Source of the DNA: Acidobacteriota bacterium
GTDB taxonomy: Bacteria > Acidobacteriota > UBA6911 > RPQK01 > JADFOI01
Assembly: GCA_963663035.1 (NCBI GenBank)
Contig: OY760074.1
Location: forward strand, 1,760,001-1,824,000
Length of the DNA stretch: 64,000 nucleotides
Direction of reading: 5' to 3'
The position numbers were made by a program, and so were the translations under genes. The notes beneath the pieces are model-generated. The model did no database searches, was not told the DNA's origin, and saw only the letters and a program-made list of their open reading frames with translations. Below, piece by piece: positions 26,667 through 37,209 of the stretch (the first letter of the stretch is position 1; each line of letters opens with the position of its first letter).

Positions 26667-28298
26667 TTATGGTACTTCTGGAAGACGATAGATAAAAATC
26701 GTGTAGCCAACCCTGTCTATGGCCTCATACTGGTTTAACCAATCGAAACAACCCCAGAACTGCAAAGCGGTGGCACTGACGCCTATTAATCCTTCCTCGG
26801 GTTGAGGGGCCCCACAGAGCAGAGGCTCGAAATCGATGCCATAGTGCTGGGGGTCGGCTGTCCCAAAATATGCGAGCTGGATTCGATCCAGTTCGTTTCG
26901 CTGCAAGTAGTTTTTCAGGCCCTTGAGTTCTTGTCCCCAGTCGAAATCCGCCTCGTACAAATACTTATACCCATGGGAGGGACCGCCTACCAACTCGTTG
27001 AAATAGGCAAGGTAATGCGGTGCGACCCACAGCGAGCCGGCCATCTGCCAAAACAGCAGACCCAAGAGCACCCACTTGAGTCGAGGCATGACTCGTTCCG
27101 GAGTCCAAGGAACGAGGCGAGCTACCCACACACACAGCAGCGGATAGATGGGAAGCAAGTAACGGATCCCACGACTGACCTGGAACACGCTGAAGTAAAG
27201 GGGAAAGAGCAGGATGGGAATCAGCAGCAGCAACTGGAGCTGGTCCTGTCCTCGCTTCAGGCTGAGCACGACTCCAGCTCCCAACAAGATGAGCAGTGGA
27301 AGCGGCGTCTTTACCAGGAATGCCACAAGATAGTAATGAAGCCAGCCTTCTTGAGACGTCTCTCCCAACAGGTAGTAGTTAAACCCTCTCTCTACCAGCG
27401 TATACTGCAGATCCAGGCCCATGACGTAGGCTTCCGGAAGCGGTGAAGGAATCCATCTGAAGGCTCCAGCGCTTTGGAGCCCTTGAAAAAGTTCACTTTG
27501 AAAGGCTTCTTCCTGAAGCAGTCTGAAACTCCCTGAGAAGAAATATCCCAGGTTGATCACCAGAATGGCAATGAGCAGAATCACTGCCACATGAGGGAGT
27601 GAAAGTCGACCTTTCTGCCCATGATTCTGATCGTCTCGGTGAAACGATTGGACGAGAACAAAGATGGGTAGAGACAGAACCACCAGAATGGCACTGTACT
27701 TGGAGAGCAGACTCAGCCCAAGTGCCAGGCCCGCTCCCAGCAGCAGGGTCGCTTTCTGAGTGACCAGGAATCTCCACACACAGTAGAAAGTCAACACGGC
27801 AAAGAAGGTCAGGCAGAAGTCCGGCGTGATCAAAGAGGCATTGCTCAAGATAGCCGGGCTGAAAACATACAGGAAGAGAGCAAGCAAAGCAGCTGAGAAG
27901 CCATAGGTCTGAACAACCCAATAATAAATCAACATTCCCAGCACAGCACCCATCAAAAGCATTGGAGTCCGAGCCAGCATCAGAAGCCGATCATCGGAGC
28001 GGGAAGCCAAAATCGTTCGACCGCGCTCGTTCCTATCGGGAATGAGAAAGACATTTTCGTCGATGTCAGTGAGGAAAAGAGGCAGGCTGTGCAGGTAATA
28101 GGAAAGAGGTGGGTGCAGCAAGGCATCATCCAGCACATCCCACTGACGGTTCTTCATCAGATAGATTCCCATCCCCAAATAGTGGGTTTCATCAGAGGTG
28201 GAAGACATATGCCAGAGAGCAGCACCACCTTGAAAGAGAAAGGCTCCCAAAAGAAGAATGACGACATGCCTTGCCCGCTTCCCTTCAGACCCAATCAT
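26667..28298 (-). CDS. ArnT/PMT-like (GT-C) membrane glycosyltransferase
   Basis: TSDE..HPPL, ITPD, SKYSA, RYLLP, LAYFNE..DWGQ; many TM helices; start MIGSEG. Confidence 0.82.
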   Translation of the reverse strand: MIGSEGKRARHVVILLLGAFLFQGGAALWHMSSTSDETHYLGMGIYLMKNRQWDVLDDALLHPPLSYYLHSLPLFLTDIDENVFLIPDRNERGRTILASRSDDRLLMLARTPMLLMGAVLGMLIYYWVVQTYGFSAALLALFLYVFSPAILSNASLITPDFCLTFFAVLTFYCVWRFLVTQKATLLLGAGLALGLSLLSKYSAILVVLSLPIFVLVQSFHRDDQNHGQKGRLSLPHVAVILLIAILVINLGYFFSGSFRLLQEEAFQSELFQGLQSAGAFRWIPSPLPEAYVMGLDLQYTLVERGFNYYLLGETSQEGWLHYYLVAFLVKTPLPLLILLGAGVVLSLKRGQDQLQLLLLIPILLFPLYFSVFQVSRGIRYLLPIYPLLCVWVARLVPWTPERVMPRLKWVLLGLLFWQMAGSLWVAPHYLAYFNELVGGPSHGYKYLYEADFDWGQELKGLKNYLQRNELDRIQLAYFGTADPQHYGIDFEPLLCGAPQPEEGLIGVSATALQFWGCFDWLNQYEAIDRVGYTIFIYRLPEVP

Positions 28299-28305
28299 AT
28301 GTCCG

Positions 28306-29838
28306 CTACTCAGATTGAGGTCTGCCGGGATGGCGCCACAGCACGGCTTGAGTTTGGTCGGGTAGATCCCAGCTCTCGACGCGGGGCCAACCTTGTTCCT
28401 CCAGCTCGCTGTACACCACATCATTGAAACCGGTGATATAGGAAAGTCCCTGAAAGCCGGTCTTTCCCACCACGAAATCCAGTGAGCCAAGGGTATCGAC
28501 TGAATCAGGAGTCTCGCCTAGCCGTATCACCTCCAGTGAACGGCCCTCTCTGAAGGCAAAGAGCTTCAAGGCCAGGGGATGAAAATGGGCCTGGTCCGGC
28601 ACAAAGCCGATCACACGGGCATCCCTGGTTGCCTCGGCGAGTTCCTGATGCCGCCAGTTCTCACGACGAGGGGGTCCGGCGACATCGAAAAGGTAGGACT
28701 GGTACAGCACCCACTCCTGCTGCACTGTCTGATAATCGCTATCGTGGGTTTCAAAGAATGCGATCTTGACCCGATCGAAGGGCAGCTCAAAGGAGACACT
28801 AAGGAATTGGACAAAGGCCAGGAGCACAATCCCCACAGCCCACTTCCTCGAGTCCTTCCAGGGATAGATGAGAAGCACCGCCAGGGGAGGAACCAGAGGG
28901 ATCGCGAAGCGCGGATCCTTGGGTGTCACGAAGATGAGCAGTACCAGACCCCCTAAAAGCCACCACCAGAGAAAACCCAGTCGTCCATGAACTTCCCGGA
29001 CTCTTTTCACTGAGAAGATTGCGCTCCACCCGAAGAGAATTGTGAGCGGCAGAAAGAGATAGTAGCTGGCCAGGACTCGGGGATAATAGATCCAGCCCAG
29101 TATACTGGCCAATCCCGGTTCCCCGTGACGCGGGTCCGCCTGCCATGGGATCAGCGTGCTTTGCAGGGTGGTTGGATAGCGGTTGAAAAGACCGTTCAAA
29201 TTGGGAAGGTACCAGACGAAGACAATGGGAAGGGCCAGAATCGAAGCATCGGCCAGATTCAACAGAGATCTCTTCCGATCCTCCGAATGGATGAGAGCAT
29301 AGAGTAGAGGAAAAAGTAAATACACCGGAAAGGTCCACTTGGTGAGGGTTCCCGCCGCACAAGCCAGGCCGAATCCCAAACTCCAGGCCTTGCGCTGCAA
29401 CAGATTACTTTTGAGCAAACAGTAGCCAGCCGCTGCAGCCCATCCCGCCAGAGTTGGATCCAGGAGCGAGGTGCGGCTGATCCAGGCCACAAAGGGGAAA
29501 AGCAGCGTCAGCAGTCCGGTCCACACCGCCATCCCCCGTTCCAGATAAAAAGTGGCAATGCCGAAGGTACAGTAGGAGAGGAGAAGCAAGCCCACAAGAT
29601 TGGAAAGCAGTGGAAGAAACTGGGTTTGAGGAAAGAAACGCAAAAGGATGGCTTCCTGAAGATAGTACAGGGGGGGATAATGGGTTGTGATTTGCGAAAA
29701 GTGTGCCAGGAATTGTCCTTGCTGCAAGGCCTGCCGGTATTCCCACCCTTTGAGTTCGTGGTAGGCCATATCCCACACCGGCGGTGTTTCATTCCTGATT
29801 TCCCAGACCGGGTGCAGAGAGAAAATCAGAGCGAACAA
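28306..29838 (-). CDS. ArnT/PMT-like (GT-C) membrane glycosyltransferase
   Basis: PVWD..YPPLY, LLD, LTKWT, KDPRF; multi-TM; start uncertain. Confidence 0.78.
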   Translation of the reverse strand: MFALIFSLHPVWEIRNETPPVWDMAYHELKGWEYRQALQQGQFLAHFSQITTHYPPLYYLQEAILLRFFPQTQFLPLLSNLVGLLLLSYCTFGIATFYLERGMAVWTGLLTLLFPFVAWISRTSLLDPTLAGWAAAAGYCLLKSNLLQRKAWSLGFGLACAAGTLTKWTFPVYLLFPLLYALIHSEDRKRSLLNLADASILALPIVFVWYLPNLNGLFNRYPTTLQSTLIPWQADPRHGEPGLASILGWIYYPRVLASYYLFLPLTILFGWSAIFSVKRVREVHGRLGFLWWWLLGGLVLLIFVTPKDPRFAIPLVPPLAVLLIYPWKDSRKWAVGIVLLAFVQFLSVSFELPFDRVKIAFFETHDSDYQTVQQEWVLYQSYLFDVAGPPRRENWRHQELAEATRDARVIGFVPDQAHFHPLALKLFAFREGRSLEVIRLGETPDSVDTLGSLDFVVGKTGFQGLSYITGFNDVVYSELEEQGWPRVESWDLPDQTQAVLWRHPGRPQSE

Positions 29839-29879
29839 AAGCAGAAACCAAATTCTCGGTGTGATTCTTCGTCCCTCGA

Positions 29880-31331
29880 TTAAGCCAGCTTTTCACGAAG
29901 ATACATGGGAGTAAAGGAGTAGGTTTCGTTTCTGCGGGCAAACATTCTGAGCTTTTGCAGGCTTCGCCACAGGACTTCCCGATTTCTGATCCCCTCCTTC
30001 CCAACATCCCAGATGATCCCGGGGCGGCCATAAAATCTTGAATAGGCGTGCTTCTGCAGCTCCAGCAAGCGTCTGCCGGAAACGTGCCTTCGTGGGAAGG
30101 CAACCTGATCACAGGTCAGGGTATCCCAGTTGATTTGCCCAAGTTTGAGCAGCCCTTCTTGCAGCAGTTCCTGGAAAATAGCGGTTCCAGGAATCGGAAT
30201 CACCAAGTTGAAATTGGCGCGCTGGAGCGGCAGTTCCACTGCCAGCCCAATGGTGTCCATGATCTCTTCTTCAGTTTCGTCCAGAAAACCAATCATGAAG
30301 TAGCCGACCATACGAATATCAGTGCATCCAGCCACCTGGGCCGCTTTCTCTCGAATCGTCTCCACGGTCACTCGCTTGTTGATAAGTCGCTGGATCCTTT
30401 CGTTTCCAGACTCAATCCCAACCGCCATGGCCTCACAACCCGCAGCCTCCATGATCTTCAAGAGCTCAGGATCAAGAGAATCGAGACGAACACCTGCCGG
30501 TATATCCCACTTGAGTTCCAAATTAGAGTCGATGAGTGCCTGGCACAGACGGGTGGCGTATTTTCGAGCCAGGGTGAACTCATCATCAATAATGCTGAAT
30601 CGTCCCACTCCGTATCGGTTCTTCAAGAAGCTCAGTTCCTGGATGACATGCTCGACGCTTCTGTGGCGCAACTTTTTACCCGACAACCCGGGGGTATTAC
30701 AGTAGGTACAGGGATAGGGGCATCCGCGAGTGGTCGATATCGGATAGTATTCATCCCAGATAAAGCCAGGATAGGTCTCCGGTCTGAGAAGATGCCAGGC
30801 TGGAATCCCGTAGCTGTCCAAATGGGCTGTGAAGGCGGGAGGGTTCACCACCGTTTGCCCTGTTTGCTGGCTTCGCCACACCAATCCCGGGATCTTCTCC
30901 AACCGACCTTCCGGCATCTTCCGACCATACTCCGCAAAACAGGACAAAAGCTCGGGAAGACCCTCTTCCGCTTCGGCCTTCCAGGCCAGATCCAGATTCG
31001 GCATGCTGGAGAGAACAAACTCCGGCAGAGCTGAAGGATGAGGTCCGCCCATCAAGGTCAAGGCATTGGGGCTGACCTGCCGGACAATATTCAGGTGATG
31101 ATTCACGTAGTTGTGATCTCGACTGTAGCAGCGAAAACCAACGACATCAAAATGGTGTTCCTGGAGAAAAGTTCTGAAATCGTCAAAAGAAAAACTGTCC
31201 TTTGGACAGTCCAGCAAGGTAACATCGAATCCCTTGTGAAGGAGAGCCGTTCCCAGGTAGAGGATGCCCAAATCGGGAGCAATTTGAGTATTCACACCCT
31301 CTCGAATGGGCAAAACCAGCAAAACTTTCAA
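29880..31331 (-). CDS. B12-binding radical SAM protein
   Basis: PDLGILYL, GGPHPS, TRGCPYPCTYC, GIESG, FMIG. Confidence 0.92.
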   Translation of the reverse strand: MKVLLVLPIREGVNTQIAPDLGILYLGTALLHKGFDVTLLDCPKDSFSFDDFRTFLQEHHFDVVGFRCYSRDHNYVNHHLNIVRQVSPNALTLMGGPHPSALPEFVLSSMPNLDLAWKAEAEEGLPELLSCFAEYGRKMPEGRLEKIPGLVWRSQQTGQTVVNPPAFTAHLDSYGIPAWHLLRPETYPGFIWDEYYPISTTRGCPYPCTYCNTPGLSGKKLRHRSVEHVIQELSFLKNRYGVGRFSIIDDEFTLARKYATRLCQALIDSNLELKWDIPAGVRLDSLDPELLKIMEAAGCEAMAVGIESGNERIQRLINKRVTVETIREKAAQVAGCTDIRMVGYFMIGFLDETEEEIMDTIGLAVELPLQRANFNLVIPIPGTAIFQELLQEGLLKLGQINWDTLTCDQVAFPRRHVSGRRLLELQKHAYSRFYGRPGIIWDVGKEGIRNREVLWRSLQKLRMFARRNETYSFTPMYLREKLA

Positions 31332-31345
31332 ACCTGTACTCCTCA

Positions 31346-33112
31346 GTGCCGATCATATGTAAACATACGAGTCTGCTGCAAACTGTGAGTCTCACCAAGG
31401 TAAAATTGTCACCTAAGGTTGTTCTGGTTCTCTTTGTCGCGCTGACCTACCTCCCATTCATCAATCAGGCCTTCCACATCGATGATCCCTTCTATCTGGA
31501 AGTCGCTGAAAATACGCTCAAAAAACCTTTCTTCCCCTACGACTTTCCCGCGCAACAGCAGGGTCTTACAGCTCCCGACGCAGCCAGTCACAGTCACTTA
31601 CCTCTGACCTCCTATTACCTGGCTTTGATCAAGGCCATCAGCGGCAGTGATCAGGAATGGATTTATCATCTCGCTTTTCTCATTTTCCCTCTACTGGCCG
31701 CTCTGGAGTTCTTCGACCTGGCAGGAGCCTTTGTCCAGTCTCGCTTAGCGGTCACCCTCCTGCTGGTCGGCTCTCCGGCTTTTCTGGTGCTCAGTCACAC
31801 CTTAATGACGGATGTCCCGCTCCTGGCTTTCTGGATCCTCACCCTTTCCCGGTTTCTGAAGATCATGGAGGGAAAGGGCATGCGTCGCGACTGGATTGCC
31901 CTCACCCTGGGCCTGTTAGCAGCGAGCTTCATCTCTTTGCTGAGCCTGGGTCTGATTCTCCTGATGGGTGCCTCCATACTCATTCGGCGTTTCTCACCTG
32001 CTCAAACCCACCTCTCAGACATCCATCTCCGAAGACTGCTTCTCATTTTCAGTCTTCCCCTTCTTCTCTGGACGCTGTGGTACCTTCGCGCTTATCTCCA
32101 CTACGACCGCTTTGTCCTTGTGAACACCCTGCTCCACATGAACAAGAGGGAGGCCTTTTCCCTCGACCTGATTGGCCTCAAATTTATCAGCCTGATCGTG
32201 AACCTGGGCGGAGCATTTCTGTTTCCCCTGGTCTTCTGGTACGGATTCGCGCGCCATGTGGCAACTCGCATTTTCCTGTTGATCTTCCTTCTCAGTTTTG
32301 TCCCATTTTACATGGGCTTCCCATGGTCTCAGGAGTGGAGCTGGACTCATGTGCTTCTCTTCTCGCTGTTTCTCTCGACAGGACTTCTCATCCTCAACAA
32401 GCTTCTTGCCCTGTTTTTCAATACCGCCAAAAACCTGACTCAAAACTTCGAACTGCATCAAAGTTTCTTACTTCTCTGGCTTCTGGGTATCTTCGCTGCC
32501 TATCTCCTGATTTTTTACAGCGGATCTGTACGCTATGCTCTGCTGGCCTTGCCCCCTGTCATTCTTCTGTGGATGAATCACCTGGAAAGACGGTTCAGAA
32601 ACCCATTCTCCCGCAGAAATCTGATCTGGCTTGCCGTGTTTCTCACCACCTCCTACTCACTGGCCATTGCCACTGCCGATTACCGGTTTGCAAACCTGTA
32701 TCGCAGCAGCGCCAGCGAGCTCAGCTCAGACTATTCTCAACCCGATAGAACGATCTGGTTTGCGGGAGAATGGGGATTCAAGTATTACATGACAAAACAT
32801 GGTGCGAAATCGATAACGAGGGCACAGATCGGGCCACGTGCGGGAGACATCATTGTCAAACCCTACCAAGCCCTGCCCTGGGTGACTCTCTACGATGGGC
32901 CCTCCTACACCCAGCTGCTCGAGCAGCGCCAGGCTAGCGTGACCGGTAGCGTTCGCATTCTGGACTTTTTCTCACATGCCGGCTTTTACAGCACAGGCTG
33001 GGGTATTCTTCCCTTCAGCATCAGTACTTCAGATCGATGGGAATGGTTCAACGTGTATCTGGTCACACAGGAGTATGACGGACCCATCCCCGAACCCGAA
33101 ACGGCCTGGTAG
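31346..33112 (+). CDS. GT-C-like polytopic membrane protein
   Basis: AFHIDD..HLPL, LMTDVP, SVRY; many hydrophobic segments plus a soluble tail; start uncertain. Confidence 0.72.
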   Translation: MPIICKHTSLLQTVSLTKVKLSPKVVLVLFVALTYLPFINQAFHIDDPFYLEVAENTLKKPFFPYDFPAQQQGLTAPDAASHSHLPLTSYYLALIKAISGSDQEWIYHLAFLIFPLLAALEFFDLAGAFVQSRLAVTLLLVGSPAFLVLSHTLMTDVPLLAFWILTLSRFLKIMEGKGMRRDWIALTLGLLAASFISLLSLGLILLMGASILIRRFSPAQTHLSDIHLRRLLLIFSLPLLLWTLWYLRAYLHYDRFVLVNTLLHMNKREAFSLDLIGLKFISLIVNLGGAFLFPLVFWYGFARHVATRIFLLIFLLSFVPFYMGFPWSQEWSWTHVLLFSLFLSTGLLILNKLLALFFNTAKNLTQNFELHQSFLLLWLLGIFAAYLLIFYSGSVRYALLALPPVILLWMNHLERRFRNPFSRRNLIWLAVFLTTSYSLAIATADYRFANLYRSSASELSSDYSQPDRTIWFAGEWGFKYYMTKHGAKSITRAQIGPRAGDIIVKPYQALPWVTLYDGPSYTQLLEQRQASVTGSVRILDFFSHAGFYSTGWGILPFSISTSDRWEWFNVYLVTQEYDGPIPEPETAW

Positions 33113-33226
33113 GGGAGTTCCAGGTTTCAAGTTTGGGATTTGAGATTTGGAATTTGTTTGGGATTTGGAATTTGCGAATTTGGAATTTCCCGCTGACACA
33201 GCCGGCAGACCGGCTGTGTCAGCGGG
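33113..33226. repeat. degenerate heptamer tandem repeats followed by a 17-bp perfect hairpin (possible bidirectional terminator)
   Basis: (a)tttggga/tttggaa units; cccgctgacacagccgg-caga-ccggctgtgtcagcggg at 33189-33226 between convergent genes. Confidence 0.7.
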
Positions 33227-34790
33227 TCAGGTATTTTTTCAACTGGGCTCTATGGAACAGTCCCACATAGAGCCTCTCCATGACTCGAATGAGCGGAATT
33301 TCAGGCATGAAAGCAAAAAACCTCCAGCGCAGCCGCCAGCGCAAATAGTGATAGTAAAGGCTAAAAATCGCCATGAGCAGTGGCTTGAAGCGATGGTCAC
33401 AGAACCTTTCAAAGGCGCGCCGCTCGAAGAATCGACTCATGACATTGATCTTGCTGATAAATTTTTTCTGTCGAGGGGAGAGAAACGGATTATTGTTTTC
33501 ACCAAAGTGAAAGTGGCTCCATCCCTCCAGGGTATCGGGAAACTTCATCCCATAAACGAGACGAGCCTTGTCGTAGAGAGTGGTCCCTGGATAGGGGGTG
33601 TAAATAGCAACGGGAGCGGTGCCGGCATTCGGGTTTGTGCTCAACAACTCCATCATGAAGTCCACCGTTTTCAGGGTTTCTTCACGCTCTTCCTTGGGAA
33701 AACCGGCCATGAATCCATATTTGATGTACACATCTGAACGCGACAGGCGCTGATTGACTTCCCTGACCTGCTCCAGGGTTGTTCTCTTGAGAATCTCCTG
33801 AAGACGTTGCGGGGAACCCGACTCGATGCCCACCCATAGCTCCTTGAAACCTGCCCGGAAGAGCTTATCGATCATCTCATCGTTTTGCCGATACAGGTAA
33901 TCAATCCGGCAAGGGACCTGAATAAGAAGATCGAGCCTCTCCTTGAGCAGAAGGTCACATATCTTCTCGACTCGACCCGGATGCCCGAAAAAGTAATCGT
34001 CCTCAAGGAAAAGGGCCTTCACTGAGAAACGCTCCACCAGGTAAAGGAGGTCCCGGACAACCCGCTCCGCTGAATGGTAGCGGAAACGACGCTCGTTGAA
34101 CTTGAGGTTGTAACAAAACTCACAATCGAATGGACAGCCGCGGCTGGTGACCATTTGAAGCTGGGCTTCACCCGTGGAGGGAGCGCGGGTCACGTATTGC
34201 TCCATCTGGATAAGCCCGTAGTCGGGTGGCGGGATGACATCCAGATCCTGGATGAGTGGCCGGGCAGAGGTAAACCTGAGTTGGTCCCTGGACTTATAGC
34301 CGATACTCTGAACGGAGGCCAGGTCTCCACCTGTGCGAAGGCAGTCAGCCAATTCAATGAGGGTGATTTCACCCTCTCCCATCACCACAAAGTCGCACAA
34401 TTCATCCTTGAGTGTAGAGTCGGGACAGAGGGTAGGATGGACGCCCCCCCAGACAATGGGGAGAGTCGAATCCAGGCGGCGAAGCATGCGAGCGGCGCTT
34501 AACCCTCCACGAAGCTGCATTCCTGTCATGCAGGAGATTCCCGCCAGAAGAGGCTTCTCGCGGGAAATCGAGTGGGCGATGTCCTCCTCAAAAGTCTCGG
34601 TCACCCGTTCATCCAGGATCTCAACTCTGTATCCCGCCTGCTCCAGCACCGTTCCCAGATAGAGGCAGGAGAGTGGTAGTCCGACATTGATCCCATAGAC
34701 ATCCATGCCGGTGATGGGATAGATGAGTAAGATTTTCCCCAGATCGCGCTGGGTTGATCTGAGCCAGGGAAAATTTTTACTGCTCTCCAT
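33219..34790 (-). CDS. B12-binding radical SAM protein
   Basis: PLSCLYL, WGGVHPT, SRGCPFDCEFC, GIESG. Confidence 0.92.
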   Translation of the reverse strand: MESSKNFPWLRSTQRDLGKILLIYPITGMDVYGINVGLPLSCLYLGTVLEQAGYRVEILDERVTETFEEDIAHSISREKPLLAGISCMTGMQLRGGLSAARMLRRLDSTLPIVWGGVHPTLCPDSTLKDELCDFVVMGEGEITLIELADCLRTGGDLASVQSIGYKSRDQLRFTSARPLIQDLDVIPPPDYGLIQMEQYVTRAPSTGEAQLQMVTSRGCPFDCEFCYNLKFNERRFRYHSAERVVRDLLYLVERFSVKALFLEDDYFFGHPGRVEKICDLLLKERLDLLIQVPCRIDYLYRQNDEMIDKLFRAGFKELWVGIESGSPQRLQEILKRTTLEQVREVNQRLSRSDVYIKYGFMAGFPKEEREETLKTVDFMMELLSTNPNAGTAPVAIYTPYPGTTLYDKARLVYGMKFPDTLEGWSHFHFGENNNPFLSPRQKKFISKINVMSRFFERRAFERFCDHRFKPLLMAIFSLYYHYLRWRLRWRFFAFMPEIPLIRVMERLYVGLFHRAQLKKYLTR

Positions 34791-34808
34791 GAGTGACACC
34801 GTGAGCAC

Positions 34809-35771
34809 TTAGCCAGTCACCTTCATCAACCACTGTTTGTAGAGATTCTCACCCATGGTTGTGAGCCGAGGAAGGTTCTCCTGAAGGTAAGGACGCATTC
34901 GAGCCAGGGGCGCAGTCCAACTTGGATGATTGATGTAATCGCAGCGGGCACAGAGCCCCAGCTTTTGAAAGTTTCTGTTGTACAACCAGCGCCTTTTCTG
35001 GTCAAAAGCCTCCGAGTGCCAGACTTCATAGACGCTTTGCTGCCTGATATCTCCTAACAAGTACTCACCCTCGGAATCAAAACAGCACAGGGCAACCTGG
35101 CCATTCGCCAAAATGGTGATGTAGTGATAAAGGCGCTCACAAAAGTTGATCTTGTTTTGGGAGCGGCCTTTATTCTTCAACCTTCCGGCCCAATTGAAGT
35201 AGACAGAAAACCGCACCTCGTCGGCTTCCCTCCACACCTTTTTCAGCTCTTGGCGGGTATGCCTGTTCTCTGGTACCGTGACCATGGCAATGGACACCGT
35301 GGGTCTTGACTTCCCCAACTGGTTCCTGCGACGGATAAAGTCGAGGACATTGCGTCGTACCTGCTCATACTCCAAACCTATTCGAATACTTTCAAAGGTG
35401 GCCTGATCTCCCCCATCAATGGAGACGATGACGCTGTCCAGAAGGTCTTCCTGCAAGAGGGTCTCGGCCAAATCGCCACACAACTTCGAGCCATTGGTGG
35501 TGAGATTGATATGGGTTTGCCTGGCACCTTCCCTTGCCGTGCGAAAATAATCGACAACTCCAGGAACCAGCAGCGACTCTCCATGCAGAAAAGGCAGAAT
35601 CTTCTTGGCCTTGTAACGCCCACATTCATCCACTATCTTTCGAAACAGCGGCATGGGCATGACCTCGCGCTTGCGCTTCATGGCGGGGGTGGCGCAAATT
35701 GTACAGAGGGCATTGCAGGCGTTGGTGAGCTCGATATACACATGGTCAGGAAAGTCAGGATAGTGGTACAT
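34809..35771 (-). CDS. radical SAM protein with SPASM/twitch domain
   Basis: ELTNACNALCTIC, HGES, FCERLY..LCCFD..LCARC. Confidence 0.9.
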   Translation of the reverse strand: MYHYPDFPDHVYIELTNACNALCTICATPAMKRKREVMPMPLFRKIVDECGRYKAKKILPFLHGESLLVPGVVDYFRTAREGARQTHINLTTNGSKLCGDLAETLLQEDLLDSVIVSIDGGDQATFESIRIGLEYEQVRRNVLDFIRRRNQLGKSRPTVSIAMVTVPENRHTRQELKKVWREADEVRFSVYFNWAGRLKNKGRSQNKINFCERLYHYITILANGQVALCCFDSEGEYLLGDIRQQSVYEVWHSEAFDQKRRWLYNRNFQKLGLCARCDYINHPSWTAPLARMRPYLQENLPRLTTMGENLYKQWLMKVTG

Positions 35772-35777
35772 TTCAGG

Positions 35778-37196
35778 CTAGTTGGTTCGGGAGGTTGCGC
35801 CCCTGATAAAGCGGGGCAGAAAGTGCCGTTCCACGGCTCTAAGGTATCTCTTGCTGGAACGTAGGTCTAACAGTTTGGGCAGCATTTTAAGAAATCTAAA
35901 GCGCGTCAGGAAAAACATCAAATAGGCCTTCCGTTGCAGCCTCTTCAAGGCCCTGAAATCAAAATCGGGTGTCTGAATCCTCCCCACCTGGTGGAGAAGA
36001 TCAGGCTGCTCAGTGAGATCAACCATTCCCTGCTCTACCACCTGCCGGCTCAACTCGCTTCCGGCATAGGGGATGACAATGCTGAAGAGGGCTTCATCCA
36101 GGTCCGTCTGACAAGCGAAGCGAATAGTCATGTTGATCTCTGCTACTGTTTCTGTGGGAAAACCGATCATGAAGAACCCCAGGATGTGGATCTGGTACTT
36201 TTTCGCCCAACCCACCACATCCTTCACCTGATGAAGCTTCAAATATTTTTTGCTCAACCTCTGAATCCGTGGACTGGCTGACTCGATGGCAATACAGATG
36301 TGGTGTGTTCCAGCTGCCGCAAGCTTTTGCATGAGTTCCTCATCGAGCCGCTCCAGGCGAACACCGTTTCCAAACTGAATTCCGATTTCGAGTCCTTCCT
36401 GGACAATCATGTCGCAGATCTTCTTGGCCCGGTCCATGTCGAAGTTAAAGATGTCATCTTCAAACATGAATTCCCGAATGGCGTAGTCGTAGTACAACAT
36501 CTTCAGCTCTTTGAGCACGCTCTCGGGACTGCGCGGCCGGAACTTCTTGCCAAAGAGGTCATGGCAGTAAGTACAGTGCCAGGGACAACCTCGACTGGAG
36601 AAGACCTGAATGGCTCGGCTGTACTTAGGAGGATAGCGGGACGATTGCGCTTCTACATAGCGATCCAGGTCGAGCAGGTGGTAGGCCGGCAAAGGAATCG
36701 CATCCACATCCGCGATGGGAGGACGAGGTGGATTCTTCCTGATTGCCCCACTTTCATCCTTCCAGGCAAGGCCCTGAACCTGAGAGAGGTCTCGAGAGGA
36801 AGCAAGCACATCCAGAAAGTGACCAAAGGTCTCCTCTCCCTCCCCCACACACACGAAATCACAGTACGGCTGGCTCAGGACTTCCTCGGTCACTATGGTG
36901 GGATGCTGACCACCGAAAATGACCTGGATCTCCCGATCAAACCCCTTCACCTTGCGGGCCGTCATCTCCGTCCCTTCAAACTCCGCCGTCATGCAACTCA
37001 GACCCACCAGATTCCACTTTCGCTCTCTCAACTTACCGTACAGAATCGGATCGGGGTCCTCCTCCAGAGCCAAATCAAGGATCTCAACATGATGGTCTCT
37101 CTTTTGGGCCATCGGTGCCACAGAGACCAGCCCGGTGGGAATTCCCACGATCATGTCCGTGTATGTCGGCTTCCCACGGATGAGCAGAATGTTCAT
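35778..37196 (-). CDS. B12-binding radical SAM protein
   Basis: GGQHPT, GEGE, SRGCPWHCTYC, AIESA, FMIGFPTE. Confidence 0.92.
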   Translation of the reverse strand: MNILLIRGKPTYTDMIVGIPTGLVSVAPMAQKRDHHVEILDLALEEDPDPILYGKLRERKWNLVGLSCMTAEFEGTEMTARKVKGFDREIQVIFGGQHPTIVTEEVLSQPYCDFVCVGEGEETFGHFLDVLASSRDLSQVQGLAWKDESGAIRKNPPRPPIADVDAIPLPAYHLLDLDRYVEAQSSRYPPKYSRAIQVFSSRGCPWHCTYCHDLFGKKFRPRSPESVLKELKMLYYDYAIREFMFEDDIFNFDMDRAKKICDMIVQEGLEIGIQFGNGVRLERLDEELMQKLAAAGTHHICIAIESASPRIQRLSKKYLKLHQVKDVVGWAKKYQIHILGFFMIGFPTETVAEINMTIRFACQTDLDEALFSIVIPYAGSELSRQVVEQGMVDLTEQPDLLHQVGRIQTPDFDFRALKRLQRKAYLMFFLTRFRFLKMLPKLLDLRSSKRYLRAVERHFLPRFIRGATSRTN

Positions 37197-37209
37197 TGGG
37201 TGCTTTCTT

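Noticed and set aside
33147-33737. ORF starting MEFVWDLEFANLEF
   Set aside because: Translation of the heptamer repeat plus the antisense of a radical SAM gene
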